NCBI RefSeq assembly: GCF_009914755.1
Contig: NC_060926.1
DNA length: 64,000 nucleotides
Strand: one strand, 5' to 3'
Source of the DNA: the human T2T-CHM13v2.0 reference genome, Homo sapiens
In this document: positions 29,330-51,969 of the stretch, one piece after another
Numbering within the stretch: position 1 is the first letter of the stretch
Layout of the letters: each line of letters starts with the position of its first letter
Translations under genes and position numbers: made by a program
The notes under the pieces: model-generated
What the model saw: only the letters and a program-made list of their open reading frames with translations
What the model was told of the DNA's origin: nothing
The model's database searches: none

Positions 29330-31026
29330 TATTTAGATACAGGTGAAGAGACAATTAGTGGATTGAGAGAGATTTTTTAAATGACACAGAACATAGCATA
29401 GAAAGAAAACTACATGAAATATATGAAAGGTAGAGATTTGTAGACTAAAATGTGAAATTCTGAGACTAGTAAAAGACTCACAAAGACAAGATAGAGCAAA
29501 TGAAAGAAAGATAATATTTAAAGAGCTCATGGCTAATGATTTTCCAAAAACAGTAAAGAACAGCAGTCTACAGATAGTGAAAACAATATGTAACAAATGA
29601 GAAATAAAAAGAAATCCATACCTTGAGATATTATGGTAAAACACAGGTCATCAAATACAAAAAAAAGATGCTCAAAGCAGCTTAAGGGGGAAAAAACACA
29701 GATAACCTGAAAAGAAACAATGAAATTTACCACAGACTTCTCAACAGCAATAATGGAAGCTAGAAATCAGTGGAATAACATTTTCAAAGTGCTGAGAGAA
29801 AATACTTGTCAACCTAAGATTGAATGCCCACCAAAACTTTACTTCAAGCCAAGGATGAAAAAAAGATAATCAAAAACAGTGTACTATCAAAAGACATAAA
29901 CTAAAGAAACCTCTGAAAGATAATGATTAGAAAAAATTCAGTAAAATGACAGGAAAAGGAAAAATAATTTCAAAAGGAGAATCTGAGATGCCAGAAGGAG
30001 CACTGAGTGAAAAAATTGGCAAATGTGAGTAAATCCAATAAAATCTATATAAAACACCATTACTGCTGCTATTAATACTACTAATAGGTATTATTATCTT
30101 ATCTAGTTTCAGAGATTGATAAAAAGGACAAAAATAAAATGTTAGACAAAAATTGCATGAAAGCCAGGGGAGGGGGTATAACAGGAACCATCAGTATACC
30201 TAGTAAGATTTCCAAGGTAACCCACTAAGAGATTATAATCCAATAAAGGATTACAATCCAATAGAGGGAGGAAATGAAATAAACACAGTTTCAAACAAAT
30301 AAATATAAATTTTGTAAGTCTATTTTTAAGACAATAAGAGGGATTTTAAGTATAGAAGAAGTGGCACAAACAGAAAGCAAAAAGTAAGATACTGGGAGCA
30401 AGTCTAAGAACATTAGCAATTGCTGAGGTACTCTGCAACATAAAAATGTGAAAAGATTGAAAATGAATCGATAGCAAAAAGTTATGCCAGGCAAACACCA
30501 ACCAAAACAAAACTGGGCATCAATTTTAATGCAACAAATATGACTAGAGATAGGGAAGGTCACTGCATAATAATGAAAGGTACTACTCACTAGAAAAATA
30601 TAATTATAAGCCTTTTTGTCCACTTAATATCATAGCCTCTGAATATATAAAATTCAATTAAATTAAAGGAAGAAAATGACAAATTCAGCAGTATAATAAA
30701 TCTTAATATACATTTGTCTGTATTGAACTGTGTACCCAACAATTAGAGAATATACATTCTTTTCAACTGATTAATCATTTACAAAAAGTGCCATAATTTT
30801 ACCACAAAGTCTCAGCAAATTTCAAAGAATTGTTGTCTCATAGACCACATTCTCTGATAAATAAAAGACCATACCAAAAAGATAAATTTAAAAATTATTA
30901 CACATTTAGAAATGTTTTAAATCTTTGAATAGCTCATTAACCAAAGAAGAAATACTTTTAACTAGACAAAAACTAAACATGTAAAATTTATATATATATA
31001 GTCTTAATCACTTGCATTAGAAAAAG
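29330..31026 (+). mobile_element. Old L1M (ORF1 to ORF2 EN region), left part
   Basis: acagacttctcaacagcaataatggaagctagaaatcagtggaataacattttcaaagtgctgagagaaaa typical of L1M ORF1; continues at 36560. Confidence 0.8.
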
Positions 31027-31435
31027 GACAGCTTTGAAGAGAGTAGTGGTTCTCCCAGCACGCAGCTTGAGATCTGAGAATGGGCAGACTGCCTCCTCAA
31101 GTGGGTCCCTGACCCCCGAGTAGCCTAACTGGGAGGCACCCCCAGTAGGGGCGGACTGACACCTCACACAGCCGGGTACTCCTCTGAGACAAAACTTCCA
31201 GAGGAACGATCAGGCGGCAGCATTTGCAGTTCACCAATATCCACTGTTCTGCAGCCACCGCTGCTGATACCCAGGCAAACAGGGTCTGGAGTGGACCTCC
31301 AGTAAACTGCAACAGACCTGCAGCTGAGGGTCCTGACTGTTAGAAGGAAAACTACCAAACAGAAAGGGCATCCACACCAAAAACCCATCTGTACGTCACC
31401 ATCATCAAAGACCAAAGGTAGATAAAACCACAAAG

Positions 31436-32440
31436 ATGGGGAAAAAACAGAGCAGAAAAACCAGAAACTCAAAATCAGAGTGCCTCTCCTCCTCCAAAGG
31501 AACACAGCTCCTCACCAGCAACGGAACAAAGCTGGACAGAGAATGACTTTGACAAATTGAGAGAGGAAGGCTTCAGAAGATCAAACTACTCTGAGCTAAA
31601 GGAGGAAGTTCGAACCAATGGCAAAGAAGTTAAAAACTTTGAAAAAAAATTAGACGAATGGATAACTAGAATAACCGATGCAGAGAAGTCCTTAAAGGAA
31701 CTAATGGAGCTGAAAACCCAGGCACGAGAACTACGTGATGAATGCACAAGCCTCAGTAACCAATGTGATCAACTGGAAGAAAGGGTATCAGCAATGGAAG
31801 ACGAAATGAATGAAATGAGAAGTTTAGAGAAAAAAGAATGAAAAGAAATGAACAAAGCCTCCATGAAATATGGGACAATGTGAAAAGACCAAATCTACGT
31901 CTAATTGGTGTACCTGAAAGTGACGGGGAGAATGGAACCAAGTTGGAAAACACTCTGCAGGATATTATCCAGGAGAACTTCCCCAATCTAGCAAGGCAGG
32001 CCAACATTCAAATTCAGGAAATACAGAGAATGCCACAAAGATACTCCTTGAGAAGAGCAACTCCAAGACACATAATTATCAGATTTACCAAAGTTGAAAT
32101 GAAGGAAAAAATGTTAAGGGCAGCCAGAGAGAAAGGTCGGGTTACCCACAAAGGGAAGCCCATCACACTAACAGCTGATCTCTCAGCAGAAACTCTACAA
32201 GCCAGAAGAGAGTGGGGGCCAATATTCAACATTCTGAAGGAAAAGAATTTTCAACGCAGAATTTCATATCTAGCCAAACTAAGCTTCATAAGTGAAGGAG
32301 AAATAAAATCCTTTACAGACAAGCAAATGCTGAGAGATTTTGTCACCACCAGGCCTGCCCTAAAAGAGCTCCTGAAGGAAGCACTAAACATAGAAAGGAA
32401 CAACCGGTACTAGCCACTGCAAAAACATGCCAAAGTGTAA
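31436..32440 (+). pseudogene. L1 ORF1, frameshifted and with premature stop
   Basis: ORF-track fragments 31557-31841 and 31838-32413 match ORF1p. Confidence 0.92.
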
Positions 32441-32488
32441 AGACCATCAAGGCTACGAAGAAACTGCATCAAATAACGAGCAAAATAA

Positions 32489-36332
<3,844 letters not shown>

Positions 36333-36559
36333 ACAATGAGAACACATGGACACAGTAAGGGGAACATCAAACACTGGGGACTGTTGTGGGGTGGGGGGAG
36401 GGGGGAGGGATAGCATTAGGAGATATACCTAATGCTAAATGAGGAGTTAATGGGTGCAGCACACCAACATGGCACATGTATACATATGTAACAAACCTGC
36501 ACGTTGTGCACATGTCCCCTAAAACTTAAAGTATAATAATAATAAAAAAAAAGAAAAAG

Positions 36560-38570
<2,011 letters not shown>

Positions 38571-39237
38571 GTGATTACCTAAATATGTGGTAAAAGTTTT
38601 TTTCCACACAAAGGAATGGCGAATATAAAATTTAGGAGAATGCAATTGAAAAATATGTTCGAAGTTGGATTTTGTAAATTAGTTAGGGGAGAATTGTTGG
38701 TTCCTAAGCACAGATAATTTAGAGAAGTCTTCGGTGACTTATATATGAAATCACTGTGGATATAAACGATTACAAATGTTACTTTTGAACCATTTTATTT
38801 AAAAGAATACAATGTTTTCCTGGAAAAATAATTAGGATAATAATTACTTCTGAGGCAGGGAGTTTGAGATTACAGTTAGTATGGGTTTGTAAGCATGTGT
38901 TATTTTGCTTCATAGCTCCCATATATGTGTATACATATTTTATACATCATATAATTATATTCATTTTCTAGGGCTGCCTAAGAAAATACCACAGACTGTG
39001 TTGCTTAAACAACAAATATTTTATATTCTCACAGATTTGGAGGTTGGAAGTCCAGAATCAAGGTGCTGGCAGGTTTAGTTTCTGCTGAGGCCTTGCTCCT
39101 TGGCTTGCAGACAGCTGCATTCTTGCTGTCTTCTCACATGACCTTTTCTCTGTGCATGCACATCTCTGTTGTCATCTCCCTTTTTTATAAGGACACCAGT
39201 CCTACTGGATTGGAACCACACCATTATGACCTCATTT

Positions 39238-39602
39238 TTCAAAATTATTATAATTATTCAAAATTATTATAATTTCAGGGGATACATGTACAGATTTGTT
39301 CCATGAGTATGTAATGCTGGGGTTTGGCCTTCTAGTGACTCCATTACCCAAATAGTGAACATAGTACCCAATAGGTAGTTTTTCAACTCTCACCTCCCTC
39401 TCCTTACCCCTCTTTTGGAGTCCCTAATGTCTGTTATTTCCATCTTTATGTCCCATTGTTGAGCTCCCACATTTAAGTGTGAACATGCAATATTTAATTT
39501 TCTGTTTCTGAGTTACTTCACATAGGATAATGGCCTCCTGCTCCATCCATGTTGCTGCAAAGGACATAATTTCATTCTTTTTATGGCTCCATAGTATTCC
39601 GT

Positions 39603-39640
<38 letters not shown>

Positions 39641-39660
39641 GTGATATAAATAGGAAAAAA

Positions 39661-39709
<49 letters not shown>

Positions 39710-40723
39710 CATTTTCTTTATCCAACCCAACCCAGCATTGATGACACTTAGCTTGATTCCATGACTTTTGCTATTGTGAATAGTATTGCAATGAACATAA
39801 CAGTGCAGGTGTTTTTTGATGAAATGATTTATTTTACTTTGGATATACACCCAGTAGTGAGATTGCTGGATGGAATGGTAGTTCTATTTTTGTTCTTTGA
39901 GAAATCTCCACATCATTTTCTATAGGAATTGAAGTAATTTGCATTCCCACCAACAGTGTATAAGCATTCCCTTTCCTCCACATCCTCACCAACGTCTGTT
40001 ATTTGTTGACTTTTTAGTAATAGCCATTCTGACTGGTGTGAGATGGGATCTCATTGTGGTTTTGATTTGTATCTCCCTGATGATTAGTGATGTTGAGTAT
40101 TTTTTCACATGTTTGTTGGATGTTTGTATGTCTTCTTTTGAGAAGTGTCTGTTCATGTCCTTGGGCCACTTTTTAATGGAGTTATTCACTTTTTTCTTGT
40201 TGATTTGTTTAACTTCCTTATAGATTCTGGATATTAGACCTTTGTGGGATGCACAGTTTGCAAATATTTTCTCCCATTCTGTAGGTTGTCTCTTTGTTGA
40301 TTTTTTCTTTTACTATGCCGAGCTCTTTAGTTTAAGTCCTATTTGTCTGTTTTTGTTTCTGTCGCATTTGCCTTTGGTCTTAGTTAAAAATTATTTGTCT
40401 AAGCCGATGTCCAGAAAAGTTTTTCCTAGGTTTTCTTCTAGAATTTCTAGTTTCAGGTCTTACATTTAAGTCTTTAATACATCTTGAGTTAATTTTTTAA
40501 TATGGTGAGTGGTAGAAGTCCAGTTTCATTCTTCAGCATATGGCTAGCCAGTTTTCTCAGCACCATTTATTGAATAGGGGGTCCCTTCCCTGTTGCATAT
40601 TTTTGTTGTCTTTGTCTAATATCAGTTGGATGTAGGTGTGTGGCTTTACTCTTGGTTTCTCTATTCTGTTGCATTGATCTGTGTGTCTATTTTTGTACCA
40701 GTACCATGCTGTTTTGATTATTA
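39238..40723 (-). mobile_element. 5'-truncated L1PB4/PA17-like LINE-1
   Basis: 3'UTR cccaaatagtgaacatagtacccaataggtag; ORF2 C-terminus [11 protein letters not shown]; TSD cattat(g/a)acct(c)attt at 39222-39237 and 40724-40738. Confidence 0.9.
39604..39708. repeat. (TG)n and (TA)n microsatellites inside L1
   Basis: TG run 39604-39637; TA run 39664-39708. Confidence 0.95.
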
Positions 40724-40829
40724 CATTATAACCTATTTAATCTTAATTACCTCCTTAAAGGCCGTATTTCTATATGCAGTCACTTTAGGGGTTAGGGCAT
40801 CAACATTTGAATTTTCAGTCTATAATAAT

Positions 40830-40921
40830 TATATATATATGTGTGTATATATGTAAGTATATATATGTGTGTGTATATATATAAGTATATATATGTGTAT
40901 ATATGTGTGTGTATGTGTATA

Positions 40922-40955
<34 letters not shown>

Positions 40956-40990
40956 CGTGTATGTGTGTATATATATATATATACACATAC
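40830..40990. repeat. Compound (TA)/(TG) microsatellite at Alu tail position
   Basis: Mixed tatg/tgtg/tata tract adjoining the T-run of the antisense Alu. Confidence 0.93.
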
Positions 40991-41262
40991 TTTTTGAGAT
41001 GGGGTCTCACTCTGTCGCCCAGGCTGGAGTATAATGGCATGATCTCAGCTCACGGTAACCGTGACCTCCTGGGCTCAAGTGATCCTCCCACCTCATCCTC
41101 CCAAGTAGCTGGCATTACAGGCATGCACCACACCCAGCTAAATTTTTGTAGAGATGGAGTTTCACCATGTTGCCCTGGTCTCGAACTCCTGGGCTCAGGC
41201 GAACCTCCCACCTTGGTCTCCCAAAGTGCTGGGAAATCAGGCGTGAGCCACTGTGCCCAGCC
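40991..41262 (-). mobile_element. AluJ SINE
   Basis: gggctcaagtgatcctcccacctc J-type motif; ends gcccagcc. Confidence 0.92.
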
Positions 41263-42739
41263 TATAGTAATAATTGTTAATTACAAATTTTTAATAAAAT
41301 ATACATCCTATGCACGTCCTTTTTGGTGTTCAGAAGTTCTTAATAATATTAATCCCTTTTGGAATTTCTTTCCATATTTCTCTAAGGAATTCAATTTAAA
41401 AGGTCTATATAGGATAGGAATGATTACAGCCTTTAACAGGCATATTCACAAATCACTCTGCAAAGTCTGAAGTCTACATTTCAAGCCAATAAATTGAAAC
41501 TCCCAAGACTCTTTAATAAACCTAGTAATAGATGAGACAAGAGAAGAAAATGTCCTGAGGTTTCTGAATATTTTATTTAATCAAGTCGTATTTCAGGGTT
41601 ATTTGTTTCTTCCATTAAGGGCTTACAAAAATGCTGATTATTTTTAGATGTTTTAGAAAACAGTGTTAAAGAACAGTATTTACTAGGGAAAATATACAGC
41701 TAAATATAGTTTTATCATATGAGTATATATTTTAGCACAAACAAAAAAATTTACAGGTTTAATTTGCAGCTATATTTTTGACATTTTATTGCTTCACTCG
41801 GACTAAATGACTCAATGACTTAATATTTCTCTGCACTGCCTACTAGGGATTTTAGCAAATACCAGGATGATTTGATGTAATTTATATTACTTAAATCTTT
41901 TTCCTGCCTGAATGTAATGTTTGACTTTATAATGTTTTTCTTTTGACATCATATATTTCACAAGTAATATACTTTGGGATCACCTAAAACAAGGAATGGG
42001 TTTCTTATCAGCAGACAACATTCCTCTCTAATATGGTCATCTTCCTGATTTTAGAAAGCATATAAATAAAAATTAATGGAAGCTTCCAGATGTTTTTACA
42101 ATAGGCACATTTATTTCAATTATTCTGTATTTTGTCAAAACCTAATTCCCTGAAAGCTAATAGGTATATTGATGAAGTTATCAGATAAAAGCAAATATTT
42201 ACAAAGCATCATTCTGAAAACAGATAAGTTAATATTGGCTTAGGTTTTGCATCTGTTCATCAAGGAACAAAGATATACAACATGTATCTCTACAAAAGGA
42301 TATTTCCCTTGACCCTTATATGTGTGCACAATTTTTTCCTGTTCTTTCTTCTTGTATTGCATTATTGGAAAACTTAATAATTTTTTGTTGTAGCCTGCCT
42401 CCAAGTCTAGTATAGCACATATGTAAATTTTTGTTTTTCTTTTTTCTCACAAAGTAGAAATTAGCTCATTGGTTTTTTTTCTGAATATAACAGTGATACT
42501 ATTTATTACAGATGTCTGTTTTTCTAATAATACAGACAAAGTTCATATTAGACTATGGTTTTTGGAAGACATGGTATCACATTTCATTATTGCTATAGTT
42601 ATTCTATAATAAACAATGTAGACAGCGACATAGCATGAATCCAAATTTCAAATCTTTGTTATGGTTTTTGATTGGCTTTTATTAGCAAAAATAAACTGGG
42701 GAACTGCCAAATACTCTATTTCTTTATGATATTATAGAT

Positions 42740-42925
42740 CAGTGTTTTTCAATTTGTTGTGTCTAGACTTTCACTTCTGTAAAAATTACCTGGAGTTGCT
42801 TGTTAAAAATACAGATGCCAAAATGCTACCCTAGTCTTCTCAATCTGATATCTTCAGTTTGGCCTGGAGTTCTGAATTTTCACGCACAATGCTGATGATT
42901 CTTAGGCTACTGTTTGAGAGCCACT
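42740..42925. mobile_element. MER5-type hAT MITE
   Basis: cagtgtttttcaa...aattacctggag..gcttgttaaaaatacagatg...tttgagagccact termini. Confidence 0.65.
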
Positions 42926-44569
42926 TATGTACACCATAGCCTGAGTAAGGTACAAGCTTTGTTCCCTGGCTTTTTTGGTGTGTTTAATTTTCCAAATTAC
43001 TTCTTGAGAATATTTTATCTGTCTGACAGTTATTTTATGCCTTTATTTAAATCAAACAGCAACTTAAACCAATGAGAGCCAGCCTCAGCTCTGGCTCTGT
43101 GCTAAAAGGCCTTCCCTACTCCAGTTTATCTAAGGAACTTCTCTTCATCCTTTACAGCCTGTTACTGGCCTGTGCTTGCCTTCATCAGGCCTGGGGTATA
43201 GAGAGCATTCATAAAATCGGACCCATTCTTAATACAGTGAGCTTAGGAATTATTTTCTCTTTATTTATTTAAATAAATATTTAGTTCATTGTTAACAGGG
43301 GATAATGGTTACAATGAAAGATTTATTTTCATTTCTTTATTTAATGTCATTGCAAATTGGAAACATTTTTAAAAACTCACTGCCCTTCAGCCTCTTAAAT
43401 ATAGCCTGTAATCCTCTGCTAGAGGTTACAGTATATTTCTTTTCTGCATTTCCAGGATTTAGTTAGTCCTGGAAATATTATAGGCCATAGGACTTTTGAT
43501 ATTGTTTGTTATAGAGAGACCAAGGGAGCTAAAGATAAAGGCCTTGTAAAATTATTCAGTTCTCACTCCTGTGAGAGTATCTAAATAAAGGAAAACAAGA
43601 AATTACCAGCATGTTTTAGAGAATTGAGAAGTTTGGCAATCCTATGGGAAGGTATTTCCATGTAATCTTTTAAATTTATGCCCACCCAATCTGTTTTCCA
43701 TAGGTTTCAGAATCTCCTCTTCAACTACCTACAATGAAGAAATAAATCACCTCCAACAGTCAAAAGTCTGAAATTAAGGAAAGTAAACAGTATATTACCC
43801 AGACTAGTTAAAATAACAAGACAGTAAAGTGACACAGTCTATGATTGACGTCTCCTTTTCCAAGGACATCTCTCACAGATGTAATCTTCACAGGTTAGCA
43901 GGGAGTTGATGTTGAAACCATACTAAGAAACAGATTGTGCACCCCCAAAATAAAAAAGAACAAAAAAAATTGATCCCTATGCACCAACACTATAAACCAG
44001 TGCTTCTAAATTAACTAAATTATCCTAACTCAAGTTAACCAGATATACCAAATTTGAGGGTCAGCAGCAAACATCTCCTTGTCCTTGTCCATTACCCTGG
44101 TCTCTTCTCACTTTATCCTGGTTTTGAATTTGAGTTTCTAGTTTACCAACTTTGATAGACACAGAAAGCACAGCCTCCTTTCAGATGAACTGCAGATAGA
44201 ACAGATATTCTTGGTGTTCACATTCAACTCTAATTCACCTGAAAGATTAGTAGCAGTGACACAATACAGTGGAATGGGAGGGGAAGCTGGCATGTTGGGG
44301 GCAATAGGAGTTATTGAGAGTCACTGAGGATATATTGAAATTTTGAATTGAAAAGAAAAGGTTATGCTTATAACTAGGGTAGACATTTAGGCAATGTTAC
44401 CTTATTGCTGTCTAGTGTTACTTGTACTTTTTACTGCTTTATGTTACAAATGTTCTGATTTAAGATATACAAATAGCAAATGCATTTTTGCACCCATAAG
44501 TATGTGGGGTCCTGTTGTTTTCTGACATCCTAAATTCACTGCGTGGCTATATTGTTTTTTCTTTAGTGG

Positions 44570-45270
44570 TATTATTTTCACCTTATGTTGGAATCAAGAT
44601 TATAATAGCCTCATAAATAATAACTTGAGTAGCTTTTGCTCTTTCTATGTTTCCTGGAACAACTTAAAATAAGAATTCACTATACCTTGAAAATTTGGTA
44701 GAATCTACTAGTTATTTTACTCTGGGGTTTCCTGAGATGGGTGGTCTTTGGCTATCACTTTAATTTCTTTATTTCTTATTCAAGTCTATGTTATAACAAT
44801 TTTGATATCCTATATTTTTCTGGGAATTCATATATTTCATTTCTATCTTCAAATATTTTAGTATATAATTGTTCATAATAACCATTCTTATGTTTCTTAA
44901 TCTCTGTGGTGTCTACAGTTAATTCCCCTTTTTCATTCTGTACTTTGGTTTTTTTTTTTTTCATTTTTTTGTTCATTCCATACCTTATTTGAACATTCTG
45001 TCTTTTGTCTTTTTTTAGTCTCAACAAAAGTATGCTTATGTTATTAATATTTTCAAGTAATCAGCTTTTGATTTGCTATTTTTTCTTGTTATTATTTTGT
45101 TAGTGCTGTTCTCAATTTCATTGTCTTTATATTTATTATTTCCTTCCTTGTTTCTTTGTGCTTGCTCTGTGCCTCTCTTTTAACTTCTTTAGTTAGATGC
45201 TTAACTCATTTAATTTTAACCCATTTTGTTTCATGATGAATATATTAGAGATATGAACTTTCTTCTAACT
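44570..45270 (-). mobile_element. Old L1M ORF2 fragment
   Basis: Minus ORF 44791-45027 NEKGELTVDTTEIKK..YYEQLY..F resembles ORF2p [20 protein letters not shown]. Confidence 0.75.
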
Positions 45271-45784
45271 CCTATATCAACACCTTTTCTTACTTTCTTC
45301 CTAAGATCAATGAAGTTTAGGTTTTTCATTCCTGTTTGAGGCCAACCATTTCCAAGTTTACTTTTCCTTTCCTATCTCCTCCATGGCTTTGTTTTTAGTC
45401 TTTGTCTCAGTGTTGGAGCTCAGGATGTGGAACAGAAAACCCATTCATGCTAAGAGAAAAGGTGAGTTAGTATAAGGATACCAGTGGACCATACCTGGAA
45501 AGCTATGAGATACCAATGCAGTTTGCTGTCTCCCCTTAAGGGATATAGTTTCCCATGGAGCCTCTGCTTCTCTCTATTCATGTTTGGCCTATTCTGTTTT
45601 CTCTAAAAGCTAGTTTCCTCATGTTCTACTTCACAGATATTTCCTTTAGCCACTTATGGTTTTTGTTTCATCTAACTTCAGCTTTAACATGGCTCATTAC
45701 TGCTGCACCATCCTTTGTTTTTACACCACTACCCTTTCATCTGAGTTTCTACGCTATTCAGTCAATTATTTCCATATTTCTTAG

Positions 45785-46139
<355 letters not shown>

Positions 46140-46999
46140 TAATAGGTAACAGGTCATTAACCAACGTGTATGCCTAATGTTAGTCAGTCACCTATACTGA
46201 GGGGTGAGGAATCACACCATATAAGCCACACTCTCATGGGCAAGAGCTGTGGGCAGGGTATTTCCACCTCATGATGTGAACAGGCTCCGGCAATCTCTAA
46301 TAGCCCTCCAGTTCTTATACATTCAGTTTTACTCCACTGGTTTTTTCCACCTTACACCTTAATGTTATTTGTCTTGTCACTCTAAAAAATACTCTCTTTT
46401 GATGTTGTTTTTTTCTAGCTGTGTTCAACTCATTCTTCTTTTCCCCTCATCCATTGTTCTCAAAAGTATAATATTTGCTGTGTTCACATTCTCATCTCTC
46501 ATTAACTTTTTATCCCATTAAAACTGAGCTTCCTCTTCTATTACATTCCTGGAACTGCTCTCGCTAAGGGAACCAGTGATCTTCCAGTTGTCATATCCAG
46601 TGGATACAGGGGCAGTCAACTGTGTTGGAGCCATGGTATGGAGACCTCCTTACTTGCCCCTCCTCCTTCAGCTAGAGCTTAGTGAGCTAGAGCCAGAGCT
46701 GGTGTTAGAGAGCAATGGCAGCATGGTGACCATGCACAGCGGCGGCTACAAGCAAAATTCCACTGCCCTGTTTTCAATATCTAACATTCATGGCAGCTTT
46801 CTTCCACAAATGTTCCACTCCCTTGATTTCCATGAATCTACACTTTCACAGTGCTGCTCATAACCTCTGGATATTCTTTCTTTTTTTCCTTTTGTAGATT
46901 CCATGCTTACCTACTACTCTTTTTATTCTGTGTACTCTCCACTTTTGTAGATCCGAGTATCACAGATAAGCTGCTGATTCCAAAATTCACATTTCCAAC

Positions 47000-47372
47000 C
47001 TAGACTTATTCTCCACCTTGCTCTTTGTGCAGTCACCTTTATGACTATGTCAAAGAGCTTTCTTGCCTTCTGGCTTCCAGTTGGGTTTGGCCCAATGAAA
47101 GGCATTTGGAAAAGATCAGAAGGTGGGAAGTGAGTGAGACTGGGGTATTCTTACAGGGTTGCCACAGGTTAGCTACATCCATTTACTGAAGGGCACAACT
47201 CCTGTCAACACCCAGGAAGTGCCCTTTTCTGACTTAGATATGATAATGGGTCTCCAATATTGCCTGTGTCAGTTCCCTTAAACCTTGCCCATGTCCTTAT
47301 AGATAAATTTTTCTGCAAATTACACTTTTGAGCCTACTGTCTTGTTTTCTACCAGGACCCTGACTCATATAA
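47000..47372 (+). mobile_element. LTR33-like ERVL LTR fragment
   Basis: ctggcttccagttgggtttggcccaatg...ggggtatt...ccaggaccctgact motifs. Confidence 0.55.
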
Positions 47373-47721
47373 CATATGAGTTATAACTTATTTACCATGC
47401 CTTTCCTAAACTCCTTACATTGTCCTGAGGCCCCACACAGCCATATAATTACTAAGACTTGCTGATTTCAGATCCCAAATATTACTCAAGTATATACCTT
47501 TTCTCTCTTTTCACTCTTAAAATCCTAGAGGCCCTTAATACATCTCTATGAATTTTTTTTAAGTGTGAGATAGAAAAGGACTGATTAAGGTAAACTGTGT
47601 AGTAAAAATTGTCAACCACCAGCAAACTGATCATATGGTCAACGTGATTATATTTGGCTTTATTATTCTCTAGCTAATACATGAATGTGCATCTTGTGGC
47701 CCAAATGTTTCTGTCTTCTGA

Positions 47722-48013
<292 letters not shown>

Positions 48014-48029
48014 TGATCCTTATATTTTA

Positions 48030-50496
<2,467 letters not shown>

Positions 50497-51199
50497 TTAT
50501 ATTTTAAAAGATCATTGAATTCTTTCAGTTTTGTTTTATTTATAAACATAGAATGTTTTTGTCTAGTGGAATGTTGATAGAATCCTTTTTTAACTTTTTC
50601 TTTTTTACTTTTTTTAAATTTTTTTTTCAGTAATATGGTATTCCCCAGAAAGAATCCTAATATACAAAATAAATTAAAGTGAAGCTGGTTCTGGTTAAAG
50701 CAGGGTTAGCACCTAAGACAGAGCAGGAATGTTAATTCTCTATTACCAGTGCTTATTAAGTATTTGTTTTCTCCCAGTTATTTTCTCCAACTCTAACTCT
50801 ATTGCCATCCTGGCCCTGGGCTGAAACCCTTATTCACTGACATAATCAGAAACTGGTTATAATGAGATCCTAGCTCCCATTCCACCTGGGCAGGATGATT
50901 TTTCAAGAAAGATTCTTGTTTCAAAGGTATTTGGAATCTCCATCCAACATGAAGGTTGGTTTATTCTTTTTTTATGTAGGAATTAAAGAAACTTGATGAA
51001 AGAAATATGGAAAAGCTTTCAGTAAATCAGAAGAGTTCCCCATTGTAACATAAGCTCTGAATATCACTTTCTGAGAGGTATGATCCTATTAGCCCTATTA
51101 TTAACTATATTTTTGAGTAGACTTATCAAACTTGCAGTTAGCCAAATGTCTTTTTTATGTCATATACTATAAATTATATCTCTTCCATTTAATCTTATA

Positions 51200-51950
51200 T
51201 TTAAGGTGATTTTTTACCCTTTTATGGATATTTGGATTCTACTTCTGCATTCATTCTTGCTGATATTGTCTTCATCCTAGTTAATGGAAAATAATGTTTA
51301 TTTGAATAGCACTGCAGAGAAAGCCTTTTGATCTACCAATAGAGAACTATCTAAAAGGAAATTGAGTCATAAATCTGTGGATGGTTGTTTAGTCAATAAT
51401 AAATATATCTGACTTTTGAGATATCATCTAGCTCTTGTTTTGTCATCTGGTCCATAAGGAGATTTTGAATGACTTTGCGAAATACCTTCTTAAAATCAAA
51501 TTAACTATGTCTAGAGCATTTTTCATATCTGCCAACCAAGTAATACTTTCAGAAAATGATTAAGATTAGTCTGACATGTCTTGTTCTTGATGAAGCCAAG
51601 CTTGCTTTCACTGCCTTCCTTTCTAAACATGTGTAAAACTATCTGCTCATTAATTCCTTCAAGAAATCTTGCGGAGTTCAGCAGCACGGTTTAAAGCCTG
51701 GCTGGTTTATAATTTGAGGTCTCCACATTCTTTTCCTTTTCAAAAAAAAAACATAGAAACAGTTTTATTCTCTAGTCTTCCAGCATGACTTCTATCTTTA
51801 TAGTTCTTCAAAGATTACCATCATCAATCCAATCATTTCATCTCCAGTTTCTTGTATTCAATTCTTTCAAGAAATCATGTGGGTCAAAATGATTGCCCTA
51901 ATTTAAAGCAGGTGAAAGATCTGCTACTATTTCTTCATCTGTCTGAGCTT
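51200..51950 (-). mobile_element. L3/CR1 LINE reverse transcriptase relic
   Basis: Minus strand near 51475-51590 reads KNKTCQTNLNHFSESITWLADMKNALDIV, resembling CR1 RT (K..SCLTNL..FYD.VT.LVD...AVDV); boundaries approximate. Confidence 0.65.
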
Positions 51951-51969
51951 ATGATTTATTCTGGTTTTT

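Larger units (their letters stand above)
38956..40826 (-). mobile_element. MLT1A-type MaLR LTR split by L1 insertion (parts 38956-39237 and 40724-40826)
   Basis: tagggctgcc.aa.aaaataccacagactg...cttggcttgcagacagc...ataaggacaccagtc; resumes aatcttaattacctccttaaagg. Confidence 0.85.

Noticed and set aside
40841-41470. 209-aa ORF (MCIYVSIYMCVYIY...)
   Set aside because: Translation of a TA/TG microsatellite plus an antisense AluJ; a low-complexity artefact.
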